DNA from: Asterias rubens
Lineage: Eukaryota
Direction: 5' to 3'
Assembly: GCF_902459465.1 (NCBI RefSeq)
Contig: NC_047079.1
Location: forward strand, 7,998,001 to 8,062,000
DNA length: 64,000 nt
The notes under the pieces: model-generated
What the model saw: only the letters and a program-made list of their open reading frames with translations
Told to the model about the DNA's origin: nothing
Database searches by the model: none
Position numbers and translations under genes: made by a program
Part shown: positions 1 through 11,927 of the stretch, piece by piece
How positions within the stretch are numbered: the first letter of the stretch is position 1
How the letters are laid out: every line of letters starts with the position of its first letter

Positions 1-23
1 GATAAGTGCACGTTGTTTGTTAA

Positions 24-399
24 AGACACTGTACACTATTGGTAATTGTCAAAGACCAGTCATCTCACTTCGTGTATCTCAACATATGCATAAATAAAAA
101 TAAAAATGTAAAAATTTGAGCTTATTTGGTCGTCAAAGTTGCAAGATAATATTGAAAGAAAAAACACCCTTGTCACATGAAATTGGGTGCTTTCAGATAC
201 TTGATTTCAAGACCTCAACTCTAATTCTGAGGTCTCAAAATCAAATTCGTGGAAAATTACTTCTTTCTTGAAAACTACGTTTACTTCGGAGGGAGCCTTT
301 TCTCACAATGTTTTACTATCAACAGCTCCCCAAAACTCACTTCAAGTAAGGTTTTGCTAATCATTGTTTTGAGTAATATTACCAATAGTATCTATGCCT
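24..399 (+). mobile_element. Non-autonomous TTAA-flanked MITE (Kolobok-type termini), family A copy 1
   Basis: TTAA at 20-23 and 400-403. Imperfect TIRs AGACA..TACACTATTGGTAAT / ACCAATAGT...GCCT. Highly similar to 879-1244 and 15692-16069. Confidence 0.8.
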
Positions 400-616
400 T
401 TAAGAGCTGTCATTGTATCCCTTCTATCCCAGGGCAGATTTCACAATGAGCTAGGATTGATCTTAACTTCAAATCAATCGTATGCTTATTGTAATGTGTG
501 ATGCCACAATACAAATCACTACTGTGAGACTGACAATTTGTTTTACCATCGACTTTATTGCTTTGTGAAATCAGCCCCTGAACTGCTTGGCTGTGCAGTG
601 TTCTTATTTTCCTCAC

Positions 617-3600
617 CTAATTCTATTGGCGTCGGTGGATAACCTGATACGTCAGGCTGTGCAATACTTGTAAATGTATCAGGTCGTTTTGTTGTCATAT
701 CTGCAGGGAAGTCTGTGCAGTTTATTCTTTTACATTCTGTAAATGAAAAAGAAAAAACATACATAGTTTATTGTAGTCTCTTCAGTGACACACTTTACAG
801 TGTGGGACATAAGCCTCGGCTTCCAGATGATGCCTCAATATAATAATACTCTTTTATTTATTTTCTCTGCCTTGTTAAAGACAGTGGACACTATTGGTAA
901 TTGCCAAAAGACCAGTCTTTTCACTTGGTGTATCTCAACATATGCATAAAGTAATAAACCTATCGGTCGTCGAAGTTGCGAGATAATAATGAATGAAAAA
1001 AAAAACACCCTAGTCACACGAAGTTGTGAGCTTTCAGATGCTTGATTTCGAGACCTCTAATTCTAAATCTGATGTCTTGAAATCAAATTCGTGAAAAATT
1101 ACTTCTTTCTCGAAAACTACGTCACTTCAGAGGGAGCTGTTTCTCACAATGTTTCATAATATCAACCTCTCCCCATTACTCGCTACCAAGTAAGTTTATA
1201 TGCTAATAATTATTTTGAGTAATCACCAATAGTGTCCACTGCCTTTGAATAGCATTGTTTATTGATTACTCCTTTAAACAATTTCTTTGTACTGTTTTCA
1301 TGAAGTATGGAAATAAATGTAACTTTGAATGAAAAGAGAATGACTGGCAATCAATGTTAAGTGTCAAAGGGTATGCTGTGAGGATCCAGCCTACAGGAAA
1401 CAAGTGACTGTATAAAAAATCAAACTTGCTAAAATTAAAAATAAAAAAAAACTTGATTGGAGTTCAACTTGATTGTATTTTGTCTTACCCTCGTATGGAA
1501 TTGGAAGTGATAGGCACTTGCATTTCCGGTCTTCGGCCAATGTGCCATTGCTCTCCTTCAAATTAAAAATCATCAAACGAGACTGGTTAACATACATGTG
1601 AATACACAAACAAGTAAAACTACAGTTAGTTATGAAAACGTCACACTACATGCGCATATTATAATGATTTACTTAGAACTGATTATTGAACAGTCTGGTG
1701 TACTATTGGTTCCTTACCACTTCTTGGTTCTGATCACATTTGGTGTGGGTTCTGCAAAAGTTGCATGTGTTTCTTTTGGCCATGAAAGTGCCTTCAGAAC
1801 ATTCACAACAGCAGCTGGAAAATAAATAAAAAATAGTCAAGATTACTTGGGTTCTTTTTGTACGACACAAAGACGAAATTGCCACAGATTTACCTTAGAC
1901 TTACTCGGTTAGGAGATAATGATGGTAGAAATCTTCCCTTGAAATATTACTTGCAGAGGTGTTGTAGTTGATTTGGGGGAAATGAGTGAAACATATTCCC
2001 TGAAATAGTTTTGGCTCTGTAAGATGAAGTTGTTTTTAGCATAAGCAACGGGTATGAGGAAACAATATAATAGGGAAAAACAGTGATCTAAGTGACATTC
2101 AGTAACTTGGTGAGGTAGGGCAATGAATTAGACAGCGCTCGCCCGACCTCCTTGTCAACCCACGCTGAAGTTTCCGAAGGATAAACACCAAGTACCAAGT
2201 ACTAAGGGCAAGGGGCTTTTACAAATGGAAAGTCCAGGTGAATAAATAAGCCTTTCTGTCAAATTAAGGCAAAAAACAAAACGAACTGGGCATTCTAAAA
2301 TTGTTCCAGGCATTTACTAATGAAATTAACCGGCCATCCAGTTGCTAAAATTCCCATTTTTATCTTACTTCTTAGTGCTGTTGATGTGCTTGTGTTGTGC
2401 GGAGCTACAACCATCGTCTATATTTTGTTTATCCAGGGGAATCTCACATTGAGTAAACTCATACTCTTCCTAATGAGAATACAAAAATAACATTGGGAAC
2501 AATAGTATAAATGACCACATGTTTCAAAGGAAAATCGTTTCAAACCTTTACAAAATAAACTGTTAAACCTACAAAGCAAATTTTAATGGTTTCGCTCTGT
2601 AAGGATGGAAGCCAACATTTACTGGTAAAAATCAAAATGATCCAATCCTCTGAATAAGCATAAATGGGGAATCCATAAGATCAGCTTTTTTTATATTATT
2701 GACAGCAATTCTCAAGTTCTTGATGACATCAAAAACAACATTTATATAGCGCATAAGCAGCGGCATCAATGCGCTTATTTACAAACATTAAAATTCTTAA
2801 ACAATGTATAGAAAATTTAAAATGTACCTTACGCTACATACATAATGCAGGAACAATAAAACATATCTGGTAATTCGCAGAGTTGCCCTCCAGTAATTAG
2901 TCCTTGTGAGGACTTGTCTGGTAAGTCATTGGGTAGTCTAGAGCGAGTCCTTTAGAGCAAGTCTCAAGTCAAAAGTCAAGTCTATACTGCACATCTATCA
3001 TTGTCATGCTGATCATTTTAATATTAAACTTGAAGTCTAAATTTGAAGTGTACCAACCGGTGCTTTTGCATGATTAGTACATGCATCTAGTGGACATCCT
3101 CGTAATGATTCTGATTCTGATGATGACTTTAACATAAGGACACCAAGAAGTACCAACATTATTGAAGCCATAATCTGAAAAAGATAATATCACAACAGTC
3201 AATATTGAAGATCATGCACCTACTTCTAGAAACTATAAGGCTCCACCGTTGACTCTGAGCTCACAGGGGAGCCTAATAATTTCTAGAAGTAACATGTATC
3301 AGTCAAATTTAAAATTATGTGGTCTTAGTTTTCCTCATTTTTAACTATTTCAGTTGATGCCACTAATTACTATAGCGCTTAGAAACTCACTTAATTTTAG
3401 CGCTCTATATAACTAATGTAATTATTATTTATATTATTTATTTTTATTGTTATTATTGGCTTCAATTTCAAAGATCAACTCGAGTCCATGTGTCGCCCAG
3501 TGTCACTGTCATACAGCATGCTGCCTGCCTATTTAGTATTAATTTAAATTAAGTAGAAGTATACTTACATGCAGCATGCTACTCATAGAACTCTGATATG

Positions 3601-5194
3601 AGTTTCTTCTAGGAGTAGCAGCATGCTTACTGCCGACTGACAGTGACACACTGGCAGGTATGTGTCACTGTCAGTCTGCAGTGACCTGCATACCAACACC
3701 TAGCCCACTTTGTTGAGCTGTTCATGGCTCTCGACTCGACTCTTTTAACATCGGTCTCATCACAGACACGTCATAAGACTGATGTTAAAAGAGAGCCATT
3801 AACAGCTCAATAAGGTCGCAAGGTGGGCCAACTGACATCATGCTGACACTCAGTGACACCAGCATGGACCTGGAGCTATTGTTATCTAGAACTATGAGGT
3901 TCGTTCCGCTATCGTCTCCGTAAGTGGAGACGATAGCGGAACGAACCTCATAGTTCTACTAGTGTAGTACTAGTAGTTAGGAGTAGACGATAGCGGAACG
4001 AACCTCATAGTTCTACTAGTGTAGTACTAGTAGTTAGGAGTAGACGATAGCGGAACGAACCTCATAATAGTTCTAGGAGTAGAGCTATAAATATAAAAAG
4101 GTAGTGACATTTGGTCAATTCCACGCCATTTCCTTTGATACGGTGTGGCAATGTTCCGCCCTAGCCCACTTTGTTGAGCCGTTAATGGCTCCGCTTTTTA
4201 GCATCGGTCTCATCACTGTATGGCGACAGTGATGAGACCGATGTTAAAAGCCGAGCCATTAACAGCTCAACAAGGTGGGCTAGTTACGCCCTATTTGCGA
4301 TAACGTAACCCTCCTCCCGACGGCCGCCAGGCCGGAGGGTTATGAGTTTGTTTCGAGCGGAAACGGTTGATCTGGTCAAACACGTACAATTACGAAATAT
4401 GAACACGGGAAATTGCTCCGGGATCTGGTTTTTGTCCATTTTTCTTAAAAATATTTCCTAAATGGTGTTTTGAGTATTTATTGTGGCAGGCTGCATTAGA
4501 CATTGCGGATTAAGTTCGTCCCCTCAGAATTTGTGTCATGATATTTGAAAGTGGTAAAAATGGGGCAAATCTGGTGACTAGCTGTCGAAACTGTACGTGT
4601 TGGACCAGATCAACCGTTTCCGCTCGAAACAAACTCATAACCCTCCGGCCTTGCGGCCGTCGGGAGGAGGGTAACGTTATCACAACTAGTTACACCCCAA
4701 CTTGATAATCATCCCAACTATTTTGGGACCAGTCCCAACTATAGTTGGGACGATTATCAAGTTGGGACGGAACAATCATCATCATCATGATTAGCCCTGG
4801 TAGGACGTCAGTCAGTGCCACTTGCATGCAACGGAGGAGTCCAACCTGGGCTACATCATGATCAGTCGGCTTGCTGCAAAGCGTGGAGGTAGAATTAGAA
4901 TTCTACCTCCATGTAAGCCGCAGCCACTCTATCTACTTTCAAAAATAGAAAGCTGTGCTAGGCATAGTTGCAATAACGTAACCCTCCTGCCGACGGCAGA
5001 AGGGTTACGTTATCGCAACTATGCTACTTGCTAGGCCCTACTGCTAATAATACTAATATAAATATAATACTTTTTTAATAGTGGTTAGTGCTAGCCCAAG
5101 TTCATGAGTTGGAAAAATGCCCCTATCCTATTTATAACTAACTATATTGATAATAATAATCGATAAATAAGTTTATTATACTTACATTTGCCAT
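617..5194 (-). CDS. TNF receptor superfamily-like protein, 5' part (signal peptide, cysteine-rich domain, Thr/Pro-rich stalk); continues beyond the window start
   Basis: Exons 5194-5186, 3174-3054, 2417-2369, 1814-1718, 1555-1489, 736-617, all GT-AG with matching phases (0,1,2,0,1,1). Product: MANIMASIMLVLLGVLMLKSSSESESLRGCPLDACTNHAKAPVDDGCSSAQHKHINSTKNCCCECSEGTFMAKRNTCNFCRTHTKCDQNQEVESNGTLAEDRKCKCLSLPIPYEECKRINCTDFPADMTTKRPDTFTSIAQPDVSGYPPTPIEL. The C..EGTF...C..HTKC...NGT...D..C.C spacing fits a TNFR cysteine-rich repeat. The 9-nt first coding exon is the least certain part. Confidence 0.7.
879..1244 (+). mobile_element. Kolobok-type MITE family A copy 2
   Basis: TTAA|AGACAGTGGACACTATTGGT ... 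ACCAATAGTGTCCACTGCCT|TTGA (right TSD mutated). Confidence 0.8.
3887..4080. repeat. Perfect 33-bp inverted repeat followed by two tandem copies of its right arm
   Basis: TAGAACTATGAGGTTCGTTCCGCTATCGTCTCC-GTAAGT-reverse complement (3887-3958), then two units of about 58 bp. Related sequence at 13468-13527. Confidence 0.85.
4160..4283. mobile_element. Fully palindromic mini-element (CTAGCCCAC...GTGGGCTAG); related copy at about 3700-3830
   Basis: The left half is the near-perfect reverse complement of the right half, with a short central loop. Confidence 0.65.
4292..4688. mobile_element. MITE with TIRs of about 100 bp and a possible 9-bp TSD (Mutator-like)
   Basis: TTGCGATAACGTAACCCTCCTCCCGACGGCC...GATCTGGTC is mirrored at the right end. 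Flanks are GTTACGCCC / GTTACACCC. Short derivatives occur at about 4962-5022 and 32869-32912. Confidence 0.65.
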
Positions 5195-6872
5195 GATTTT
5201 ATATACTGAGCGACAGGAAGGGTCGGGAACTGGTGATCATGGGTGTGATTGATGAATTGGATGATGGCCGGCAGGCATGGCAGGTGGGTGGGGTGGTATG
5301 GGTGTATAAAATGGGCCGGGACGGAACATTCTCGATCTCTCGAATGTGGTTGTTGTACACACACATGTACCTGACAATAGTGCACATGCGAAAATAACAG
5401 CGCGGCCAGTGCACCATACAGGGCGCCCTCATTTGGGCTATATTAAAAAAAGTTAACGACCGGAAAGTTAAAGTTTGCATAAAAATATTATTTAAAAAAA
5501 TATTTCGCCTCAGAGTCCCTTGTCCTCAAAAAGTACACTTTCCAAACTCGGACGAACTTGAAACTTCACATACAGTTCAGATATTTATTAGGAGAGTAAA
5601 CCTCTCAAGTTACGTCATCCATTCTTGAATATTATGAAAAAGTTTATTATTTCAAAAAAATCATATTTGTTGATCTACAGCAGTACACAAAGGACGTCGG
5701 ACACATACTTCCTCCAAAACTCTGTAAGCGCCTCACGGACATGACCCTTTTTTGACCTTGTCTTCCAGTTCAAAATGGAGGTTGAACATTTAAAAATTCA
5801 GGTCTTGAAAAAACCACGTAATTCCCCAATTGGTTGTGCATATAGTTTACTGTAGGGCCTATCTACAACACTTACAGGTCTCAGTGGTTGGGACGAATGT
5901 ACTAACATCTAAGACCTGTTTCTTGACATGGGGATGGATACAGAAATTTGAAAACAGAACTTCAATTTCCAGGTCTTAGAGGTTAGCATAGTTATTATAT
6001 TTATGTCTCCGGGGGGGGGGGGGGGGGGCGCGTCTCCTGCCTCCTGCCCATATTATAGGACTCTTCCGCTGTGCATGCAGTACAATGATAATTAATACGA
6101 AGGACCTTATATAGAAGAGACGTGGAGCTGCTGCTATCGTCGCCTCAATCTCATAAACGATTTGATTCCAACTTCCCTATAGAAAAGCATAACATTATAT
6201 AATGATGTAGATCTGAAGTAGGGATCAGCTCAATGGATGAAGTGTAGAGTATACCCAGATGAGAGGTCAGGAGCGTTGAAGTGTGTGGACGCAGGATGGA
6301 AAACTAATGGCATCAAAGCTGTGATTTGTGCACAGCTCAAATTATTATGACAGAAGGGTTGCAATGAGTGGGTTAAAGTGCGATGGATCTCCCGATTGCC
6401 TCTCGATCACCAGATGTCAATGATGGCAACTGACTGATAGCCTCGCCAACACCGTGCGGCTTTTCAACCATGGTCCCCGTAGTGACAAGAGGTATACGGC
6501 GTGCTGCCAATGGTAACGAGAATGATACCAAACAAAATAATTGACTCTGAAAATTGCGGACGACATAAAGGTGCGTTCCGCGTTATGACGTCACACTCTC
6601 AAACGACGACCCCTCTGTGCCGACGCAAAGGGGGGAGCTGATTGGCCGATAGTTGTTTTTGGTGCGTTAAACGTACGCGTGACCTCAGCGTATCAGCAGC
6701 GGTGCGTTACGACAAGTACAACACTTTGTGACAGAAAATAGAGGTGCAGTTATTCTTCGAAATAATTATACTCTCCATTAAGAAACTTCGCCATGTTCCA
6801 AGCACTCACTGACCATGTCTATGTTTCTCTTGGATTGTAGCCCGCATACCGTTCAGCCATCTTCTTCAGAAA

Positions 6873-9800
6873 ATGGATGACGAAACATTTCGCCTAAGAG
6901 TCTCCGAGATGGCAGAGTTCATCTCTAACTACCTCAGTACAGTCAAGGAACGCCGGGTGTTTCCTGACGTGGAACCAGGCTATCTGAAGAGTCTACTCCC
7001 GGTGCAGGCACCGACAACATCAGAAACTTTGGAGAGCATTATGAAGGATGTAGAGAACAAGATACTTCCAGGGGTACGTCAAATACTTCAGTATTATATC
7101 ATCGTTTTGTTGTCGATGTGTGTAATTTCATTGTATGTTTAATACTCTACATTTTCATTGGTTGTTATATGTTATTATATGAAACTATGGAGAAGAAGAA
7201 TTTGAAGGCTTTCTTTTTGAGATATCGCCAACAATCTGGATCAAATGTTCACGCAGGAAGAACAATCCAATTTGTTCTGATTTGTAACCGTTCTACGTCG
7301 CAACACTAGTCAAGCTTTACTATGTTTTTGTTCTACCACTGTAGATGACCCATTGGCAGCATTCATCCTTCCCCTTCCATGCCAACTTTTTACTCGCACC
7401 TTGTACAATAAAATGCACCTGCAACACTTGGCACCGCACATAAGCAGCTATCCTTGGCGTTTATATCCTGACTGAAGGACTATGCCAAGTATCGAAGTAG
7501 AAGTAGAAGAACACTAGTAAAGCTTTACTGTTTGTTCTACCACTGTAGATGACCCATTGGCAGCATCCATCCTTCCCCTTCCATGCTTCCTTTCAACACT
7601 AGTCAAGCTTTACTGTGTTTGTCCTACCTCTGTAGATGACCCATTGGCAGCATCCATCCTTCCCCTTCCATGTTTACTTTCAACACTAGTCAAGCTTCAC
7701 TATTTGTTCTACCACTGTAGATGACCCATTGGCAGCATCCATCCTTCCCCTTCCATGCTTACTTTCAACACTAGTCAAGCTTCACTATTTGTTCTACCAC
7801 TGTAGATGACCCATTGGCAGCATCCATCCTTCCCCTTCCATGCTTACTTTCAACACTAGTCAAGCTTCACTATGTTTGTTCTACCACTGTAGATGACCCA
7901 TTGGCAGCATGATCCTTCCCCTTACATGCTTACTTTCAACACTAGTCAAGCTTCACTATGTTTGTTCTACCACTGTAGATGACCCATTGGCAACATCCAT
8001 CCTTCCCCTTCCATGCTTACTTTCAACACTAGTCAAGCTTCACTATGTTTGTTCTACCACTGTAGATGACCCATTGGCAGCATCCATCCTTCCATGCTTA
8101 CTTTCCAGCTGGTAACTCCTACCCATCTATCTTAGCCAGTCTGCTCTCCGACGGATTAGGCTGCGTCGGCTTCTCGTGGGTATAAGAACCTCATCCGTTT
8201 CTTTGGACATGCATCATAAGAACAGTTCGTTTTGTTGGGGATATTCTCGTGGAATTGGGGGAGCGACAAGATGGGACAAGGGTCTGGGGGGGGGGGGGCT
8301 TCTCACACTCCTCTCAATGATAGCCTGTTAAATATCTTTGCTTATGATAAGTCCAAACAAAAAACACAACTCGATGACAAAAATGAAATTTCTACTGCAT
8401 GCATGGGCACTGGTTGACCTTGTTGTGTAACTATTCAAGTTGAATGTTGTTTGTTGCTTTGTTTGTTAATGAAGAAATGCTTAGTGGGAAAATGTAATTC
8501 GGGTTACAAGACAAAATAACGCACCTTATAAAACTCTTGAACTTGTGATTAATGCTAATGTCAATAATTGTATTGTATTCAGGCGGCAAGTCCAGCTATG
8601 ACTGAATTAGAAACGGTGATGGTTGATTGGTTGGGTAGGATGATGGGCTTGCCCAATGAGCTGTTGCCATACACAAAGGGCTGCACGGGGGGCGGAGTTT
8701 TGCAGGTATTACTTCATAAATATTTATGATTTCATTTTATGTTTTATAAATACGGGCTGTAGATTCCTTAGGAACAACATTACAGAATAATTAAGTAAGA
8801 GCCCTTGTTTAAACCCACTGACTTCAAAACAGAACTGCGTTGCGGGTGTTCTTTTCATTTGGTGACGATAGGCTACCCATTAAAGTTTTTTATATATAAA
8901 TAATATAGAGTGATAACATTAATTTTTTGCGGAATGAACCCAATCTGAATGTAGAAATCCTCTTTTAAAACTTACCAACATTGTATTTGATTTACAGGGG
9001 TCTGCCAGCGAGTGTACTTTGGTGTGTATGCTTGCTGCGAGGACAAAGGCTTTGCAGAAACTAAGAAAAGTTTATCCGCATAAAGACGATTATGATTTGC
9101 TGCCAAAATTGGTGGCATATTTCTCTGAAGAGGTAAGCTGGGTACTATGGGTAAAGAAAGCATTTTTTGTAAGTTTTCTAAAAGAAATTAAAATTAATGA
9201 TATGCAGTTTCACTATTTTAGGCGCACTCGTCTGTTGAAAAAGCTGCAAACATTGCTTTTGTGAAGAGACGAAAACTTCCAACAGACAAGCACTATGCAT
9301 TTAGAGGGAAGACACTTCGAAAAGCAATGGAGGTAGGTAATAATATACCCCATGGGGAAGACATGGGAATAATTGTAATTAAAAACAAATATAAAAAAGG
9401 ATTACGATTTTTACCAGATGAACTTCTTCGCTCTAAAAATCTTTCCAAAAAATTGTAAAATCAAATGTTCCTCTTTTGTTTCTTTTTAGCAAGATGAAAA
9501 GAGCGGCCTTGTTCCTTTCTTCGTAAGTATAAACAATCGGATGCTGAGAAAATGAGTCCTTTCCAATGACACCAAAATATGTGATTGTGGCACATCACCC
9601 CAATCTATGCCACACCTTCTACAATGCCCAGTCAAGCTAAGATAGTGATAACATCCATGAGCAATACAAGAAACTATAAATGCATTGGATTTTCATTCTT
9701 TTTTATTTGTAATCAACAGGTATGCGGAACGATTGGAACCACAAGCAGCTGTGCATGTGACAATCTCGATGAACTTGGAGAGACGTGTTCAGCGAATGGT

Positions 9801-11704
9801 AGAGATGTATGGTTTCACGTTGACGGTGCATACGGGGGAAACGCTCTTATCTGCCCGGAGTTCAGGTACTTGCTTCGTGGATTTCAGGTAAAAAACGAAA
9901 CTCCTGAATATTTTTTAATTGTTAATATATTCTTATTACATTGTGCTATTATCAGTTCTGTCTGGTTGTTGTTTTACTTTCTTTATGTTTCAGTATGTGA
10001 CGTCATTCAACGTTAACCCTAACAAATGGCTGCAAGTGAACTTTGATTGCTCTGTGATGTGGTATGAAATTTTCATTTGTTGTCAATCTGCACCCAATAG
10101 CCAAAAAAAAACAACACAAACAATATTTTTAAATGATTGTGGCATTGGCAATTAAAATTGTTCTTTATTTGCAGGCATGTTCGGATTTAAATGTGATCGA
10201 CCTAGAAATCCTTTGGGACTTGATGGGCCAATAATTATGAATTAGTTTTATACATTTTTTACATCATCTGAAGGGTTCGAGATAAGAATGCACTTATAGA
10301 CGCCCTCACCGTTAACCCGGCCTATCTTCAGCATGATAATGACGACCGGGTCATAGACTACCGAGTAAGTTTAACAATGACTGTTTGCAGAAAATAGAAT
10401 GAACCAACATTAATATAGCGAAATCTGCAAAACCTGTTTGATTTCTTAGTGAATTTCCCTCCTTGATTACCTTTTATACAGAACTGGACCATATCTCTAA
10501 GTCGGCGATTTCGGGCCCTTAAGCTTTGGTTTGTTATCCGGATGTATGGCGTGGAAGGCTTGCAACAGTTCGTACGATCGGTAAGGCAGTGATAAAAGCA
10601 GTTCCCCCTCCCCCCTCAGGCGATTTCGGGCCCTTAAGCTTTGGTTTGTTATCCGGATGTATGGCGTGGAAGGCTTGCAACAGTTCGTACGATCGGTAAG
10701 GCAGTGATAAAAGGAAGGGTTCCCCTCCTCAGATGCGTGTTGGTATCTCCAAAAACAAAAGGACCATTGTCAAATCTCCAGAAACTTCTTTCAATCGCTC
10801 GCAGAAAAATAATATTTTTCTTCTTAACATTATTCAAATATTTAATTGTTTAAATTCATCTTATCAACCACCGTAACCTTAGATAATTGCAGTACGAGGA
10901 CTCGGTGCTTTTTACCCTGCTAGCCTAGACTGTACCAGCAGCCAGTATATCGGTATCATACAAAGAGATCCTGGTCAAGTTGACATTGTGATTGTATTCA
11001 TTTAGCGTTATTTGTCCTTTGTCTTGCTGTTTTATGTACACGGAAATTCATGGTACTGTGGTGTTTTATGTCTGTTTGTCTTTAAGCATGTTAGGCTGGC
11101 ACAACTATTTGAGACGCTGGTGCGACAGGACCCCCTATTTGAAATCGTCGGTGATGTAGTCTTTGGATTGGTTTGCTTCAGGGTTAAAGTATGTAGTACT
11201 GCAACCGGTTAATAATGTAGAACATTATTTTTTGTTAGATGGATCAAACTAATAAAGTAGTTATATGACAGCAGTGATATCAAACATATGCTATACATTC
11301 TTTGTCAAATAATGTTTTGAATACTTTGCAGTTTTGTGGAATTGGGACAGGGTTATCATTCAAATCATTAAATTGTATTAGTTTGTAAGCTACCAACTTT
11401 GTCCAACAAGAATCTGTCACGATTGTACATTACTTTCTGTTCCTTGAAACTGATTGACCATTCCGTTGTATTAATACAGGGACAGGACAAACTAACAGAG
11501 GCTCTTCTAAAACGTATCAACACTTCAGGAGAAGCTCACATGATCTCAACTCGCTTGGATGATAAGTTTGTCATCCGGTTTGCCGTTTGTCATCCTCAAG
11601 CAACTGAAGATCACATCACACAGTCTTGGAACATTATTAGGCACCATGCTTATCACACATCGTTCCCAAAGGATGGCGCTGTTGAAAAGTTGTTACAGAA
11701 TTAG
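6873..11704 (+). CDS. Group II PLP-dependent aromatic amino acid decarboxylase, tyrosine decarboxylase-like (489 aa)
   Basis: Exons 6873-7073, 8066-8179, 8583-8705, 8998-9132, 9222-9332, 9490-9522, 9720-9887, 9994-10061, 10274-10364, 10482-10580, 11087-11188, 11480-11704 (1470 nt, in frame). Motifs [54 protein letters not shown] (PLP lysine), [27 protein letters not shown] and LSRRFR are closer to invertebrate Tdc than to DDC (NPHK, LGRRFR). Confidence 0.9.
7305..8107 (+). repeat. Array of 85-87-bp units spanning the Tdc intron 1/exon 2 acceptor (8 acceptor copies)
   Basis: TGTAG|ATGACCCATTGGCA with exon-like starts at 7345, 7549, 7636, 7721, 7806, 7893, 7979 and 8066 (functional). Confidence 0.95.
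10504..10713 (+). repeat. Duplication of the 3' part of Tdc exon 10 plus its donor (115-bp offset)
   Basis: 10504-10598 is repeated at 10619-10713. Confidence 0.95.
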
Positions 11705-11748
11705 AAACATTGAAAACAGAAAGAAGAATTGGAACCATTTGCGTTGGG

Positions 11749-11927
11749 AAATGCACTGTGCAGTGGCAGATAGGCCTAAGGACTACCAACCCTTTACTGT
11801 GCAGTGTCAGATAGGCCTAAGGACTACAAATGCACTGTGCAGTGTCAGATAGGCCTAAGGACTACAAATGCACTGTGCAGTGGCAGATAGGCCTAAGGAC
11901 TACAAATGCACTGTGCAGTGGCAGATA
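11749..11927 (+). repeat. 38-bp minisatellite (about 4.6 copies) just after the Tdc stop
   Basis: Unit AAATGCACTGTGCAGTGGCAGATAGGCCTAAGGACTAC. Confidence 0.95.

Noticed and set aside
1718-1814. Alternative reading AVVNVLKALSWPKETH for this exon
   Set aside because: Phase is incompatible with both neighbouring exons; the Cys-rich frame fits both.
3040-3300. Plus-strand coding-looking stretch (NDSDSDDDF)
   Set aside because: It is the antisense of the TNFR-like signal-peptide exon and has stops on the plus strand.
6100-6500. Possible decayed LINE reverse-transcriptase fragment
   Set aside because: Only vague motif resemblance with several stops; not supportable without a profile search.
7909-8115. 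68-aa repeated ORF
   Set aside because: Off-frame reading of the Tdc acceptor array.
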